A stretch of DNA of 62,311 bases, filler included, from Platydemus manokwari (GCA_037951405.1; 6 parts of 6 records of this genome joined end to end with filler, not necessarily neighbours in it); one strand, 5' to 3'; positions 13,067 through 27,277 are shown, numbered from the whole stretch's first letter. Notes: generated by a model from the letters alone, not told the origin. Program-made: numbers and translations.

Positions 13067-15270
13067 TATCTTTACACAATTATAAAAATATTATCAACAT
13101 TCCAAATAAACATTCCATCAAAGGTCATTTATAAAGCCAACGCAAACTGCTTGTACACAATTAAATTCACAAAAAAGGAAAAACTTTTTACTTCAATTTA
13201 TATTATCATATAGGCTTGGGAACCCAATAGACTTTGATCCACCTGAACTGTGATCAGTTATTTTTGTGCATTAGTCGATGTAGATCAAGTTATTGTTATT
13301 GATGTAGAAATTTGTTGCTTTTATATTTAGTTATTAAGGTAAACATATTAAATTTCAAAACCACATTTAATTAAACTTGATAGCATTGGCCTTATTAATT
13401 TGTGCCAACTGTACTACGTTTATCATTAATTTGACTCTTAAATATATTTTAACGTAAATGTCTCATTCCTTTTTTAATACATCAATGAGATAAACTTTCA
13501 TATAATTTGGAGTTCGATAAATAATTTCAATAATTATAATATTGATTATATTATATACTATATTTGATCAATTATATTTTTTAAAATTATGATTTAACAT
13601 GATGAGAGATGAAATTTGATGTAATGAAATGCATTTTCAACTCATAAAACAATTCTATTTTATTTCATCAGCAACGTAAACGATTACAACTAAATCGAGT
13701 TTAGTGGTTTTTGATTTTAGCAAATATCATAATATTAAACGAAGTTACAAAACATTAATTTATCAGTATCATATGAAATATATTTTTAAACTTTCCAATA
13801 ATTTATTCAAATATTATTCCGTAAAAAATTAAATATTTGTTGATCAGATGATGAAATATAGAATTATCTTTATAAAATCTGATATCAATCCTTGTTAGAA
13901 ATGCTATAATCAGACCATGTTTGTTTTATAGACAAATCAGTTCTTGTTAAAATAATCGTAGGAGTGGATAATGTTCTGTTTATAATGAAGTGTTGTCGCC
14001 ATACACAATTCATCAATATTCTGAACAGTTAAACAAAACATTTATTTTACTTACGATATCATATTTTACGAGTTGAGAGAAATTTTATTTCGTTATTGGA
14101 TATTTTTCTCTCGATATAATTGAATCAATGAAATAATTATTGATGAATATTTTACTCAAAATTTAAAAATTTATTGATTTTAGTAAAACATTTTGTGAAG
14201 ATATTTGACCATCATCAGTTGGCTGAGATTTGTTTTTATTATTTTATAAGTTGGCAGTGGATGAATGGAATTAGAATTATGAAAGGGAAATTACACTGCA
14301 ATCGAGTGTAACAATCATTCCTTGTTATCTATGAATTAAAAGAAATACAATTCGGTAATCACCTCTTGATTACATGAAACATCTCAATAAATAGAGGCTA
14401 TCATTAAAAATAAGAGTAATCTTCATGAAAATTTAAAAATCGATATTACTGAAAATAATTATAACTAATAATTATAATAACAGTAATAATATAATCATAA
14501 TCATAACAATTCTGAACAATATAAAATCGAAATTTTATTTTTAAAAACCTCCACGGTCAAGTGGCACGTAATAGCGAAGTTTAAATCAACCAATTCGTCA
14601 AAAATGAGAAGAGAGGACTCCGAAATCGATCACTTTGTCACCTCCAGGAAATCACTTTATTAGTCAATTCAAAGTATCAATGGAATAGATAAAGAAAATT
14701 TGGTTTAATTATAAATACGTTTAGAAACTACTTGAGAATTGTTCGGAGACTAATATATGAAAACGTAGGCATTTTTAATCCAGTAGTATTAATGTAGATG
14801 ATTTTGTTTTTATATTGAATACATATTTTCTGATATTTCAATTGGTCTAGCTTAAAAGAAGGGATATTTTTAAGAACCTTAAATGGTCAGACATGCAATT
14901 GATACTGAATAAGTTATTTATTCCTTTTATCATTATTTATTATTGTTATTTATAATTATTATTACTTTCATATCATCGTTATTAATAACTGTCTTATAAT
15001 GGGTTCAGGAATATTTCCTATGAATCTTAGAGAAACCTCATCTGGAAGTAACTAAACATCCAATAATTATTTATTATTTTAAGTGAAGAATAATAAAACA
15101 ATCCATTATAGTCTCCGAAAGCAAGCAGTGAATAATATTCAATAAAAATGTTCAAAGTTTGTATGGAATAGATTTTCGATAATCCTGTTAGAACTGAAAT
15201 TACTCAGCTAATTGAGTGTCTCTTTTTAGTGCTATTATTAGAAAAATATAAATATTCAGTAAAAGATTAA

Positions 15271-15370
15271 NNNNNNNNNNNNNNNNNNNNNNNNNNNNNN
15301 NNNNNNNNNNNNNNTTAATTAATTAANNNNNNNNNNNNNNNNNNNNNNNNNNNNNNNNNNNNNNNNNNNN
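15271..15370. other. Artificial contig-joining spacer (44 N + TTAATTAATTAA + 44 N); identical spacers at 24637-24736, 34073-34172, 42978-43077 and 53234-53333
   Basis: The same 100-bp structure occurs five times and its 12-mer puts stop codons in all six frames. Plain N gaps of irregular size lie at 9470-9644 and 57379-57516. Confidence 0.95.
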
Positions 15371-18300
15371 TGTTAATTTATATGATTTAACAATTAATTT
15401 TTGCCAAAAAATCTCTCTTCTTCATTCTGCTTATCTTTCCTCCGTCCTCTTCGGATTTTGCTGGCTACTTGCTGAGGCAACGTGCCGGCCATTTAAACTA
15501 CATTTTTCGTGTTAAATTTTTCTTACTGTGTTGATTGTTTTTTATTTCCAAAATACATATTATTCGAAAAACATTATTTTGTTCATGTGATTTAATAATA
15601 TATAATAATTCGTAACCATTAACTTTATTACCGTGTTCATCTGATTTAATAATAACAGACAATAACTAATACTCATCAACGATATAATTGTGTTCGTCCG
15701 GGTTGATAATAATAAATAACAGTTATAATCATTAGCTTTGTAATAGTGAAGCTTGTAATATTATAGATCGATCGATTGCATTGAGGGAAATGGATTGATT
15801 TTATTTTGCAGCGATCAAAAATTAGTGTTGGGTATCATCGCAAAGGACTCAGTCAGCAATTGATTAAGGCCTTTAGATTATACTAACCTTCAATTTTCCA
15901 ATAACGAGGTCTCCATACCCGTTATTGAAACCTCTTAGGACCAGTGAAAATACAGCCACCAATAATTCATTTAATATATATCTTAAGATATTTTCAAAAA
16001 TAATTTTCTGTTATATTTGTTTTGACCAATCTTCTGTATTTCTTATTGTAGACGTTCGGCTTCTCTGAGTATGTCATCTTGTGCTTTTCTTAATTATTTT
16101 TCTTTGGGAAGATCTAATTCTTCTTCTGTATGAAGATTGTCTGTTTTGTTCTGAGGTCTTTGTATGTCTCTGGTGAGAACTGGCTTATGAGTCACCAGAA
16201 TCCAGTTTTTCTTTAATTCAAGCTTGCCTCTTTTAGAAGCTAAGCTTTCCTATTCTATTCTAGCTAAGCCTTCTACTTCTTGTGTAAACTATATATTCTT
16301 TTTCTTTAAATTTCTTCTATTAGAAGTAAGCTCTTTTCTCAAGCAATCTTTCTCTACTCCCTTACAACTAAACTTGCTCCAGCGACAAATATTCTACAAA
16401 CAATTATATTACCTTTTTAGTAGTTTCTTGCCGAATATCGAAAATAAAGAGTTATATCGACCTTTATATACTTATTTTGACCATGCACATCCCTTGTGTG
16501 TCCATCCTGTCATTCAAAATAATTTCAGTATTAACGTATTGTCCATTTATTTCAATTTCCATTGATGTTTGAAAACTGTTATGTTCATCTTTAAATTAGT
16601 AACCTTTATAGTTCATATACCACAATCAAATACCTCATAACGAGAAAAATCACTGTTAATACCGAAAGCCTACAGAAATGACGATGAAGATGATCAAATA
16701 TGATTATCAAATAAATGATACTTTTAACAAGGGTTATTACTTAAATCAATTTTAAACATTAAAATCAACATGAAGATGAGAATTATAAAAATTATATTAT
16801 CAATAAACACAAATAATAAAATAATGATCTACAGCTGATTATACAATTCGATTTCTGACTGATTCAATGTTTTTCTGACATTGTTGAAAATGAATCGAAT
16901 ACCAAGGAGTTGGATAGTTGAAAGGATTTAAAATAACTTGGAATATGCAATAAGGTTTACCAATAATTGATCTATTGGATCTTTCAGTAAATTACTGAGC
17001 ATTCAAGTGTAGAACAGAATATGATTGGATTGTTGTGAGCATGAAATTCGTATCTCTATAGCATCTCAAAATAATGTGCTTCTAATTATATTAGTGCATA
17101 AGCCATATCGGTTTGGGTATCTATACTAACTTCGCTTTCATAATGACAGAAAATAATCCACTGGATTATTAAATTATTCACATTCAATTTCTCTTAATGG
17201 ATATTAATTGTTTGTCTCATTTTTTGAGTGCGATATTTTTCTACTGTTGGGATTATATTTAATCTTAGCTATTAAATTTAATGAATGGGATTCTTTGGCT
17301 CTTTGCTAATTTTATTATATTTCATTTTATTGGAATTTAATGATACTAATGATGATTTTTATTTCCCATTCATGTTCGAAAATCTTTTAATAAATTCTTG
17401 AAACGAACTCAGAAGAAATTGAACTGTGATTCATTTCTCCAATCATTCGTTTTATTTATTTTGTATAGAGAAATAAATAAACCGGAAATTGATCAGTTTG
17501 TTGTCTATAAAGTCTGAAATTCATTATTAATATAATATTAATTTAATGTTAAGAGTCAGAAGACATTTACAGTTATTATATATACAACGACAATCCTATA
17601 TATAATTACCAAATAATAATAATAATTGATGTCAAAATTTGAATCTATCCACTTCCAGGTCCTTGTATCAACTGGACATTGATTTGTCGAGTATTCACGA
17701 GTGAGTTTCTAATAATAGATAATTTATCTATGATTTTTCATGGCATTGAATAGATGATATGATAAAATCATAAATCATTTTAATCTATCCACCAATAAAA
17801 TATTACACCTGGGTTTCATGAAGGATTAACAACAATTGTTCTAAAATTTATTTTTAATTTATCCAAAATAACGATGATAATTGTCAATAAATATAAAACA
17901 ATAATCATCATTTATACAATATTTTTATAATCATGATCATAATCAAAAAATAATAATTGGACCAATGATATTTGATATGTGGAATCAATATGATGAATTA
18001 ATCATAATCATAATCACTAATTCACGTTAATTTAATCTCTAAAGAAAGTTCCTAGTTTATCGTTTTTAAGATTGTGGATTGATCTGAATAAATATTTATT
18101 TCAATGATTCATCCATTTAATTGTAAATCATCTATTATAGTAGTTATCTATTAAAAAATAATAATAATAAAATTTAATGAAAATCTCAATCACAATGTTT
18201 GATAAGATTTCGAATAAAAAATAACACTTAATTGAATAAAAATAATCGTTATGTGCATGTGTGTGTGTCGACTAAACAAACCAATTTCAATTTCTTAAAG

Positions 18301-19651
18301 CAGAAGAAATCATAAAAAAAATCAAATATAATCGATTATAATTAATTGCTGATTCAAATGTGATACATTTAAACAAAACCTTTTATTTCATCGACTCTAA
18401 CATTACCGATTGACCTAAAATATGTTTATTGAAATAATTAATGACACACAAATAGTTATTTTTAGTTACTTAGTAACAATGTAATGATAAAATTTTTAAA
18501 TATTCAATTTGTAGAATATTAAGTTACTAATGATTTTAAAAATATTATTTGGGAAAGATTATTTTAATGATTATTGTGAGAATATTAAACAGAATTGACT
18601 TTTAAAATATTTAATTTTATATCAAAGTATATTAATTTGTTTATATAATTGTATTTAAATACATAATTTGATGTCGTGACTTTTCAGTTCGTTTTCAATA
18701 CTTGCTTTATAAAATAGTAGCGGGTTACATAGCGACCAGGCATCTGGATTCGATTTTAATAAGATCGATGACTAAAACTTATGGAAAAGGAGGGAGATGT
18801 TGAGACTATATATAGAATATATCAAGAAGATGCAGAGAAGATATAAAAATGATAGAGGAATTAGAGGTTTTTATATAGATGAATATGTAGAGTAGTCGAT
18901 ATAAAGCCAATTAAAAATAAAAAGAAATTCGAAGATTTTAAAGAAAGGGCGATATGAGAATATTAAATACATTAGCGTCTTACAATTATTATTATTATCA
19001 TTATTTTTAGGAATAATCATTGCTTCATTATAATTGGTCCTAAATATTTGATTGTAAATGTGTTGTGAGAAAAATTTCTCCTAGAAAAATTACTCAACAC
19101 GGAAAACGTAAAACAAATAAAAAATCCAAATATAGAGCATTTATATTTATTCGAAACATATTTCAATATTGTTTAATGTTTATGTTAGAAAATAAGATTG
19201 AAATATAAAAGATATTTAAATTAATTTTGTCCTTGTATCGAAGACGAGGTCGGAATTGTTCCTGATTAAAGATAAAACTCTTAGCACATTGTTTTACTCT
19301 CAATTATAAAATTTCTGGAACCATTTTATAAATTTACTAAAACGGCAAATGATGTCTATGTTAAGTGGTCAAAATGTAAAAAATAAATAAATAAACTACC
19401 CATTGTCGTAAAATCAGTCCTATTTCGGTCCTATTCCTATTTATACTAGTTGATAACATGTACTTTATATAATAATTATAATTAATTATAATTTTAATTA
19501 TTATTTATAATTAATTATAAGATTGAGTCACGATCATCCATCATACTCGTAGCTCAATCTGTAATCCCAACGAATAGGATTTTCACACTCCAACGGCATT
19601 TAGCCTGTCAGCGCTTTAAAATCCAGTCGGCTTTTGATTGAATTTTTAGCC

Positions 19652-19710
19652 ACAATATAGATAATCCTGTGTTTTGGATTACTTGATGAATTGGTCTCGA
19701 AATTAGAATA
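19652..19710 (+). ncRNA. Degenerate type III hammerhead motif A
   Basis: Perfect stem I UAAUCC/GGAUUA with loop UGUGUUUU, then C(U)UGAUGA...CGAAA. Stems II and III are decayed. Confidence 0.5.
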
Positions 19711-19742
19711 TAAACGGATAGCTATTTTCTAGATTTCTTTTA

Positions 19743-19800
19743 GCCCTATCTGTCTCTGATCCGAGGCATTGATGAAGCCCAATGAAAACCGAAATAGGAC
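19743..19800 (+). ncRNA. Type III hammerhead ribozyme motif B (C3-to-U core variant, weak stem II)
   Basis: Stem III CCUAU/AUAGG; cleavage triplet AUC (19748-19750); stem I UGUCUC/GAGGCA with loop UGAUCC; core UUGAUGA...GAAA. Confidence 0.75.
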
Positions 19801-19873
19801 ACAATCCGTATCATAAAACCACCATCATTATCATCATTATTATGGCTATCGCTCATGTAGGCTCCGAGAGATC

Positions 19874-19931
19874 GTCCTCTATATCTCTGAACCGGGATAC
19901 TGATGAGGCTTATGGAGCACCGAAATAGGTC
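19874..19931 (+). ncRNA. Type III hammerhead ribozyme motif C (intact catalytic core)
   Basis: Stem III CCUCU/AUAGG with one mismatch; triplet CUA (19879-19881); stem I UAUCUC/GGGAUA with loop UGAACC; CUGAUGA at 19900-19906; stem II closed by GG/CC; GAAA at 19922-19925. Confidence 0.8.
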
Positions 19932-21062
19932 TCATTTTTCAACAAAAAAGTAGTTTTTTATATTTTTTATTGTTATATTTTGATCGCTTAACATCTATAA
20001 AGATCCAGTTGTTTCCAGAATATCTTTCGTTTTCAAATTTTTAAGCCAATTTAAAAACTGTCGGATCTACTAAGCATCACATTAAGACAATAAAGTGCCC
20101 ATAATCTTTCTCGCACAATGATTAATAATGAATTTTTATGAAGATTTTATCACTCAAAAACCAATAATATAGAATTGAACCAGTTAAGAATATAAACCAA
20201 CAAAATATTTATTTATATTGCCAAAATTATGTCTTGTCATGCTATGACATCATCAATCGGGTTGTGAATAATAAATAATATGGAATTTACCAATCGGTTA
20301 ACGTTTCGATTAAATTGATTTGTTTATTATTAATTATATTTAATTATTTATTATTCAAATTTTATATATTTCTCAATAACGCATCTGATATTAAATGATA
20401 TAATCAATAATAAATATCCAATAATAAATAAATCAATAATACCAGCTCTACATTTATTGATTATTATTGTTACTATGACCTCTACTATTATTATTTATAC
20501 CATTAATCTGATAGCATAAATTGCATAACAATTTAGTAGATTTGTTTAGAAACCATTCGACAGTCAATATGTTGTGAATACGATCAACTGATCATTCAAT
20601 GCTAAATTAAGCGGTTTTATCATGACCAACACAACACATCACCAACTATCTTCATATATTTATACTTGATACATTATATTTTATAATTGACATTCTTGAC
20701 CACTATGTATTAATCACTTTCGAATAACAAATAAATCGATTTTCATAAATACTCTGGTTGTCTAGCAACGAGTGATTGGTGATTAATTATTTCGGTGATT
20801 AATAATTGGCTGTTTTTGAAATAGCCAATGAAATCGATTATTAATTATATTCCTATCTCAAAGGTTAATCAAATATCGATGGAACCAAAGTCAGCAAATA
20901 TGATTGCTGCGAATATCTCATTCACGGCATGCAAAAAATCGATTACAATGTCATGCAATAACTTTGAGCAAAGACAAATCAACGTAATAAATAAATCAAC
21001 CAATCAGTTCAAACCAACTGATATCAGCCAATCATATTCTTTAGGAAAATCCTATTTAATAT

Positions 21063-22160
21063 CTAACCTGATTGAGATAGGTTTTCGTCGAACAATGCTT
21101 TCAGTCGTCTCTGTTTATAAAGAACTGTTCTCATTTTGTTGTGGAAATATGTTGACACCATGCAGTAAAACAACAGAATAATGACGAACATCGTGGAAAT
21201 TGGAGCAATGAGTGCACCATGAGGTTGGAGTCCATCACACGTGAATTTCTTAGACCACAAATAACGGGTGGAATTCATAATGTCACCCATGTCACCACAC
21301 ACACCTCCCCACAATAATTTCGGCTTCTTTAGTATATGTTCGACGTGATTATAAAATCTATGAAGTCATAATAATATTGCTTTCGATTAATGTATCAACT
21401 TATTCAAATCGTCATAAAATGATTTACACTCCGTACATGCCGAATCATTGAAATACTCTGATTTGAGCCACACAGTTTCAAAATCCTGGCTGGAAAAATT
21501 CATGCTGGCATTTGTGAATAGCTGGAAACAATTCATAACTTTATTCGACTTTAGAATGAAATCTTTGAAATCTCCATTGAAAGTGGTTTCCTACGTAAAT
21601 ATAGTTGTGAATATCATAAATTTATATTTTGATCTCATACATTGAAATAACATAGTTCACAGTTCAAATGGCTCCACTCACTTGCCAATGATTGTGCTAA
21701 ATCAGTAATTGATGACGAGACATCTGAACGCAGAAGGTTATCTGCGCAATTTATATTTCCATCGAATGTAATTTTTCCATTTACCAAAGCGTCGTATTCA
21801 TCCTGATGAATTAGTGAAAGATTCTCTAATTTTAAGTATTTATAAAACTAGTCAAATGAAATAATACGATGAATGATTTTATGATATTAAATGCCTCTTA
21901 AATAGTAACTGAAATAAAATTTTTAATCGATTTGTTTGTAAATATACCTGTAAAACTTGATAATCTTTTCGACAATTTTGACAAATTCTTAAAGGTTGTG
22001 ATGATTTAATAAAGCATGATGTTGCAATTGAAGTTAAATTTGCAAAGTGATATTTAAATTTTGCACATTCTGATCTAGGTAAGGCAAGAGATTCCAACAA
22101 ATAATCACAATAAACCACTGATATAAGCAAAAATATTAACAATGTCTTCCCAATGTACAT
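21063..22160 (-). CDS. OSTM1: Osteopetrosis-associated transmembrane protein 1 homologue (ClC-7 beta subunit); exons 22160-21948, 21802-21641, 21590-21400, 21357-21063
   Basis: GT-AG introns keep the frame. Signal peptide MYIGKTLLIFLLISVVYC; OSTM1 Cys motifs SSQPLRICQNC, CADNLLRSD, WSHLNCELC, ACTECKSFY and VCGDMGDIMNSTRYLWSKKFTC; one C-terminal TM helix followed by a basic tail (KQRRLK). Confidence 0.9.
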
Positions 22161-23164
22161 ATTTCAATCGGAAATTACGATTTATATGAAATTATATCAA
22201 CCTGTGACCTCAATTTGATTTATTGAAACAAATTTAAAGAGATAAATTTATTTATTTATATATTTACTCAAAACAATAATAATTTTAGAAGTAATTTTAT
22301 TCTTTTACTTTAATTAAAATAATAATTCACGAGAAAAATAAATAATTTTATACTCTATGATAAAGTCTATTATTTATATTTAAATCGCTACATCACTGAA
22401 GCAAAAAATTCTAGATTTTTATTTTTTGTAACAAATACTTATTTATCTCTTCGAATTTTTATAAAGTTGTTTTTCAGAAAATGGAAAGTCGATATTTCTT
22501 ATTAAAAATGCATGTTCAGAATTATATCCAATTTTAAATATAGTTATATCAATCTCATAGTATCATTTCAAAATTATTTGATTTTATACAACGAAAATTT
22601 GACTTCATCCAGCTTTATTTGATCAAAGTTCCTTGTTTTGGGTATTTTTTTTACTTATAATAATTAAATCTAATAGCTGATTTCGTAAAATCTTTCATGG
22701 ATTAATAAATAATTTTATCGCTTCAACTACAATTGTATACCAGTTATGATGAAATAGCCTAATTAACAATTAACAAAAGTTCGAAGTTCGGAAAATTTTA
22801 ACTCAAAAATTTCAAAATCATCAATATAATTAGCATAAACACGAACTTACATGCATTTTATTTCCAGATATTCACAAAAAGATTTCATTCAAAATTTTAT
22901 GAAGTGATTTGAGATTATCATATATCATTTAGACTGTTATTAAGGTTCGGTTACGAGTAACAACAAATTTAATGATAAAAATATTTTGTTTGGAATGGAC
23001 AATTGTAAGGATTATTAATTTTAAAATTGAGAGATTTTGAAATTTAGAAAATCGAATAATTAAAAAGATATATAATTTTAAATCAATAAAATTATTGTGA
23101 TGAAGTCCAAGATTGTTTAAACCTCTATAGGATTATTAGTTTTAATGATTAGAAAATTGTGATG

Positions 23165-23340
23165 TGAGATGAAATTCTGCAAAAGAAAACAAAATTGCAC
23201 CTTGAAACCTTATTTAAGCATTTTAAACATTTGCATGCCTACGCAACCATACAGACATAGCAATCACCCAATCATAGTGAAGTTAGAGGGTGAAGTACAA
23301 TTGGAAAAAGGCCATAGCTACACAATAACACACATATAGG
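23165..23340. repeat. Dispersed repeat family B (inverted copy at ~58545-58735)
   Basis: GAGATGAAATTCTGCAAAAGAAAA...CAACCATACAG(A/G)CATAGC...ACACACATATAGGAAT is matched in reverse complement. Confidence 0.7.
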
Positions 23341-26300
23341 AATTGACCAACTCCATTCAAGTAAAAGCTTAAAAACGCAATAAGAACATAGAAAAGCAAA
23401 TATCGAATCAAAATATGATGCAATGTCACAAAAATACACACAGTTCACGAATATAAAAATTTATGTAAAGATGGACAAATATCAGTTGGAAGCCAAGTTT
23501 TGGTTGAGATTTAGAATGGTGTAATTCATGTATTGATTAACACACAAAGAAATATATTATTTGCTTTTGAAATTGGAGTCAAGTTTTATTAATTGTTTGT
23601 AATTACTCAAAAAAATGTTCTAAATATTTGCTTATTAAAATTGTGTTATATAGATTTCTTTTTACATAAGTTAGCAACAATATTATGTTTATGATTTTTT
23701 AATGACTAGAGAAATAATGAAAAAACAGCTCCTGACAAGCAATCGATATCAATTAATTTGTTTTGTGGTTGGATAAGATAAAAAATGGGAAATGATTTAT
23801 TAAGGTGTGATTAGTAATTAGATGTTATCAAAATTCGTCATTGGTTATTGTAAATGTTGTCGATAGCTTCGATAAATTGTATGAAGACAGTCTATAAGAA
23901 ATATTAAGTATATAATTTTGTATAGCGAATAGTGCACTATTGTAAAATTTTACTGATAAGACAATTAAGCTGGTCTAAATAAGAGTTTTTGATAAAAATC
24001 TAAAAAAATTCGGAAATAAAACTAATTTTTTATTCAAAAATTAACACTTCATATTAGCTAACCCAATAAATTCACCATTAAGATTAAATAAAGATGGAAA
24101 ATAAAAATATTGGCTAAAAGACACATAATGTTAAGAGACTTTTACAACAATATACAACCAATACCGAACAATAATTTCGCACAATAATCACAATATTGAA
24201 AACTAATAACATGTGTTAAGTATTTAGATTTTATTTGCAGCAATGTGGACTGAAATTTTTAAAAGCAACCAATGTTCGGAACTAATGTAGCCAAACCATG
24301 AAGGAAAAAGAAAACCTGAGGAGAAGTAATTTCAATGCTGGTTTTGTGTTTCGGCTTCATATAAATTTGTATTAGACTCTTACTAGTGTCAGTTTTCGAA
24401 TTACTATGACAAATCATCAATCACAATACTATTAGTATAAGTTTCTCTTTTGATTGAACAGTCTCAAATTTCATGACTTAGTTTATATTTACTTCGTGAT
24501 TTATCCAATTTATACCGATTTAAATTCAACTAAAAAACTATTCAAATTATTTTTCGAAATAAAATTTTAACTATTTTCTAATAGACTACAAACATACATA
24601 CTCATATAATGGTTGTTATTGTGTAAAATCAGATATNNNNNNNNNNNNNNNNNNNNNNNNNNNNNNNNNNNNNNNNNNNNTTAATTAATTAANNNNNNNN
24701 NNNNNNNNNNNNNNNNNNNNNNNNNNNNNNNNNNNNAAAATTAAATTATTAGTAAGAAAAATAATTATTAAACAAAAATATGAATAAATAAAGAATTTAA
24801 AATTATTATTAGAGCAATATGATTTGTTTTAGTGAATCAATATAAACATTAGGAAGCCAATTTCTCAGAAGCGAAATTATGGATTAATATCTGGTGATAT
24901 TGATCTAAATGTAGGAGTTGACTGAGCATGTCAACTCGGTGGCAGGAAATTTTGCTTCAAGTGTTGCTAGCAAAATGCAACTATAAATTGTGGTGGTAAT
25001 CAGTAGTCGATTACCAGAATTTTAGCAGAAAAAAGTTTGCAGAAACTAGAAATTTTCACAGAAGAAATCGATTTGGGTGCAGAAAGAAAACTTCATAAGA
25101 AGCATAAAATTTGCAGATATTATTGAGACCGGAATTGTTCATAGAAAAGAATCTTTGAACAACTAGAGTAAGAAGATTTTCAGTTATTACAAAAGGAACC
25201 AGGTCGTCCAGTCGAGAAATAATTTTACCGAGTCGCAAAGGAGCCAATACTCAATAAAATGCAATCGAATACACCAAATTCGAAAGATAATTATCGAAAG
25301 GTATTTAATAAAAAATCACGAATTGATATCGAAAACTGTTACTGGTGCCTTAATCAATTGATATGATTATTGTTTATGTTCTACACCTTATGACTTGAGA
25401 ATCAATCATTAAAATCGTAAATTATATAAAACACCGATATACTTTGATAGTCGGATATAGTACCGATATACTTTCCAATCGATAAATAACAAAGATGATT
25501 TACCAAATCAGATAAAGGTGTAGGCTTGAGTAGCATTGCAGATCTCGTTATATCAAATATAAGATTTCTCTTATTCAACTTATTTTAAATTAGTACTAGA
25601 TTACTTCAAATTCAATTACTGATGCAAATTGAACAACTGTACAGAGAAGCGTTCCGGTTCCGTTTTTCACTGCTAGTGTGTAGCAGTATCTAAAGCAATT
25701 TTTATGTGTAAATTTCGATGCTATTTATTCTATTATTTATTCATTTTAGCCATTTAATTAAATGTAATTTTTATAAAATGTTGGACTATTTTTTTAAGCT
25801 TTACATATTTCCATTAAATCCTAGATATTCCTATATTAATCCCGTTAAATTCTTTATTTATTTTTGACTGTTTTGAATTATTTTGATTTATATGTTATTT
25901 TTTTAATTTTGCATTCTTTATAATAGATTCTTTCTTGGTATGGTTTTCATATAAATATTTCATATTAATTTGAACATAAAAATTTATACATTAAAAATAA
26001 ATATAGTAAATTTTTATAATAATTCCTATTTACGACTTACTTTAAATGTTAGAGATATTTTTATGAGTCATATATAATGATGCAAAACTTATTAATAACA
26101 TAATACATTATCAAAAAATCCATTATACTTTTGGGGTCAAGGTACAATAGATACAGGTGTTGCTCCAACCGAAAGACATAAAACATCTAAGGGGGCATAT
26201 GTGCAAATGGGCTAAAGTTAAAGAAAAGGGCCATCAAATAAAATTTTTTGAGTGTATTGCAAAAATCTATATAGTTTGTTTAATTATATTCTTTAAAAAC

Positions 26301-26990
26301 AATTTTAATTTTTTATTTAAGTACTTAAGAAGAATTTTAGTTGTTTGAAAACAAACATTAAATAGACTAGAACTTAAATATCTCTTGAAATTTGATTACT
26401 TGAAAAAATGAAAAAAGTAGGTCGAATTGCAATTTATTGAAAATAAGTGAGGACCCATTCTTTCAACATTAGAAGCAAATTGTGAAATATTCTCAATTTT
26501 TACAATTATTTTATAAAATATATCTGTGATATTATTAAATATATCTGTAATTAACTAACTCGATTTATAATTATAAAAATTTTAATTTAGAAACTCAAAT
26601 TGTCATATAGAAATTTCGTGAATAGAATGGGAACTTGGTTTTGAAACTATGTTTTGTCTCTATTATATAACCTTAAAAATAAGATATTAACTTAATTATT
26701 AAATAAATCAAACATAGAAGTTATATATATATATATATATAATTAAGTTATAAAATTATCTCATGGGCGAAAATTTATTATAACGAAAGTAGGACAAAAT
26801 ACTCTTTTTCTTAACTTAATCCAAAATATGATTTGGTAACGTAACGAAAATGATTTTAGCTAATATTCTTTCAGTTATTGCAAATATACTGACTGACAAG
26901 ACTCAAATGTCTCAAAAAATAATATATATCTTAGTACTTACAATCAACGAGGTCGACAAGCACTATCTTGATTTGATCAACTATATAACG

Positions 26991-27277
26991 CAGTGGTTTT
27001 CAACCTTTTGCTAGAGAGGAACCCCACGGAAACATTACTATGTCTACAGGAACCCCTGTAGAATAATGTAGCGGGTATAATTATGTTAAATTTAGTATAT
27101 TTAAGCTATAACTAATAATAAAATAATACAAATAATAATGAAATAATAATAATAAAATAGATTTTCGAAATTGAATTTAACATTTAGTTTATTTATTTGT
27201 TGTTCTAATTTAGAAATTTAAAAATTAAGGGACCCATGGAATGTACTCGCGAAAACTTAAGGTCCCACGGAACACTG
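26991..27277. mobile_element. Second, 3'-truncated copy of the same hAT-type MITE
   Basis: Starts CAGTGGTTTTCAACCTTTT and shares GGAACCCCTG, GTTGTTCTAATTTAGAAATTTA and CCACGGAACACTG with 57279-57636. Confidence 0.7.

Noticed and set aside
16020-16680. 113-aa ORF 16224-16565 and an A-rich minus strand suggestive of retroelement integrase debris
   Set aside because: Too degraded to assign a motif confidently.
17659-17700. Short segment bounded by CTTCCAG and GTGAGT, a possible orphan exon
   Set aside because: No partner exons or recognisable peptide.
20828-21645. Plus-strand ORFs 20828-21181 and 21448-21645
   Set aside because: Antisense shadows of OSTM1 exons.
22300-22950. Several splice-like signals on the plus strand, head-to-head with OSTM1
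   Set aside because: No continuous reading frame could be assembled; it may be non-coding or chance.
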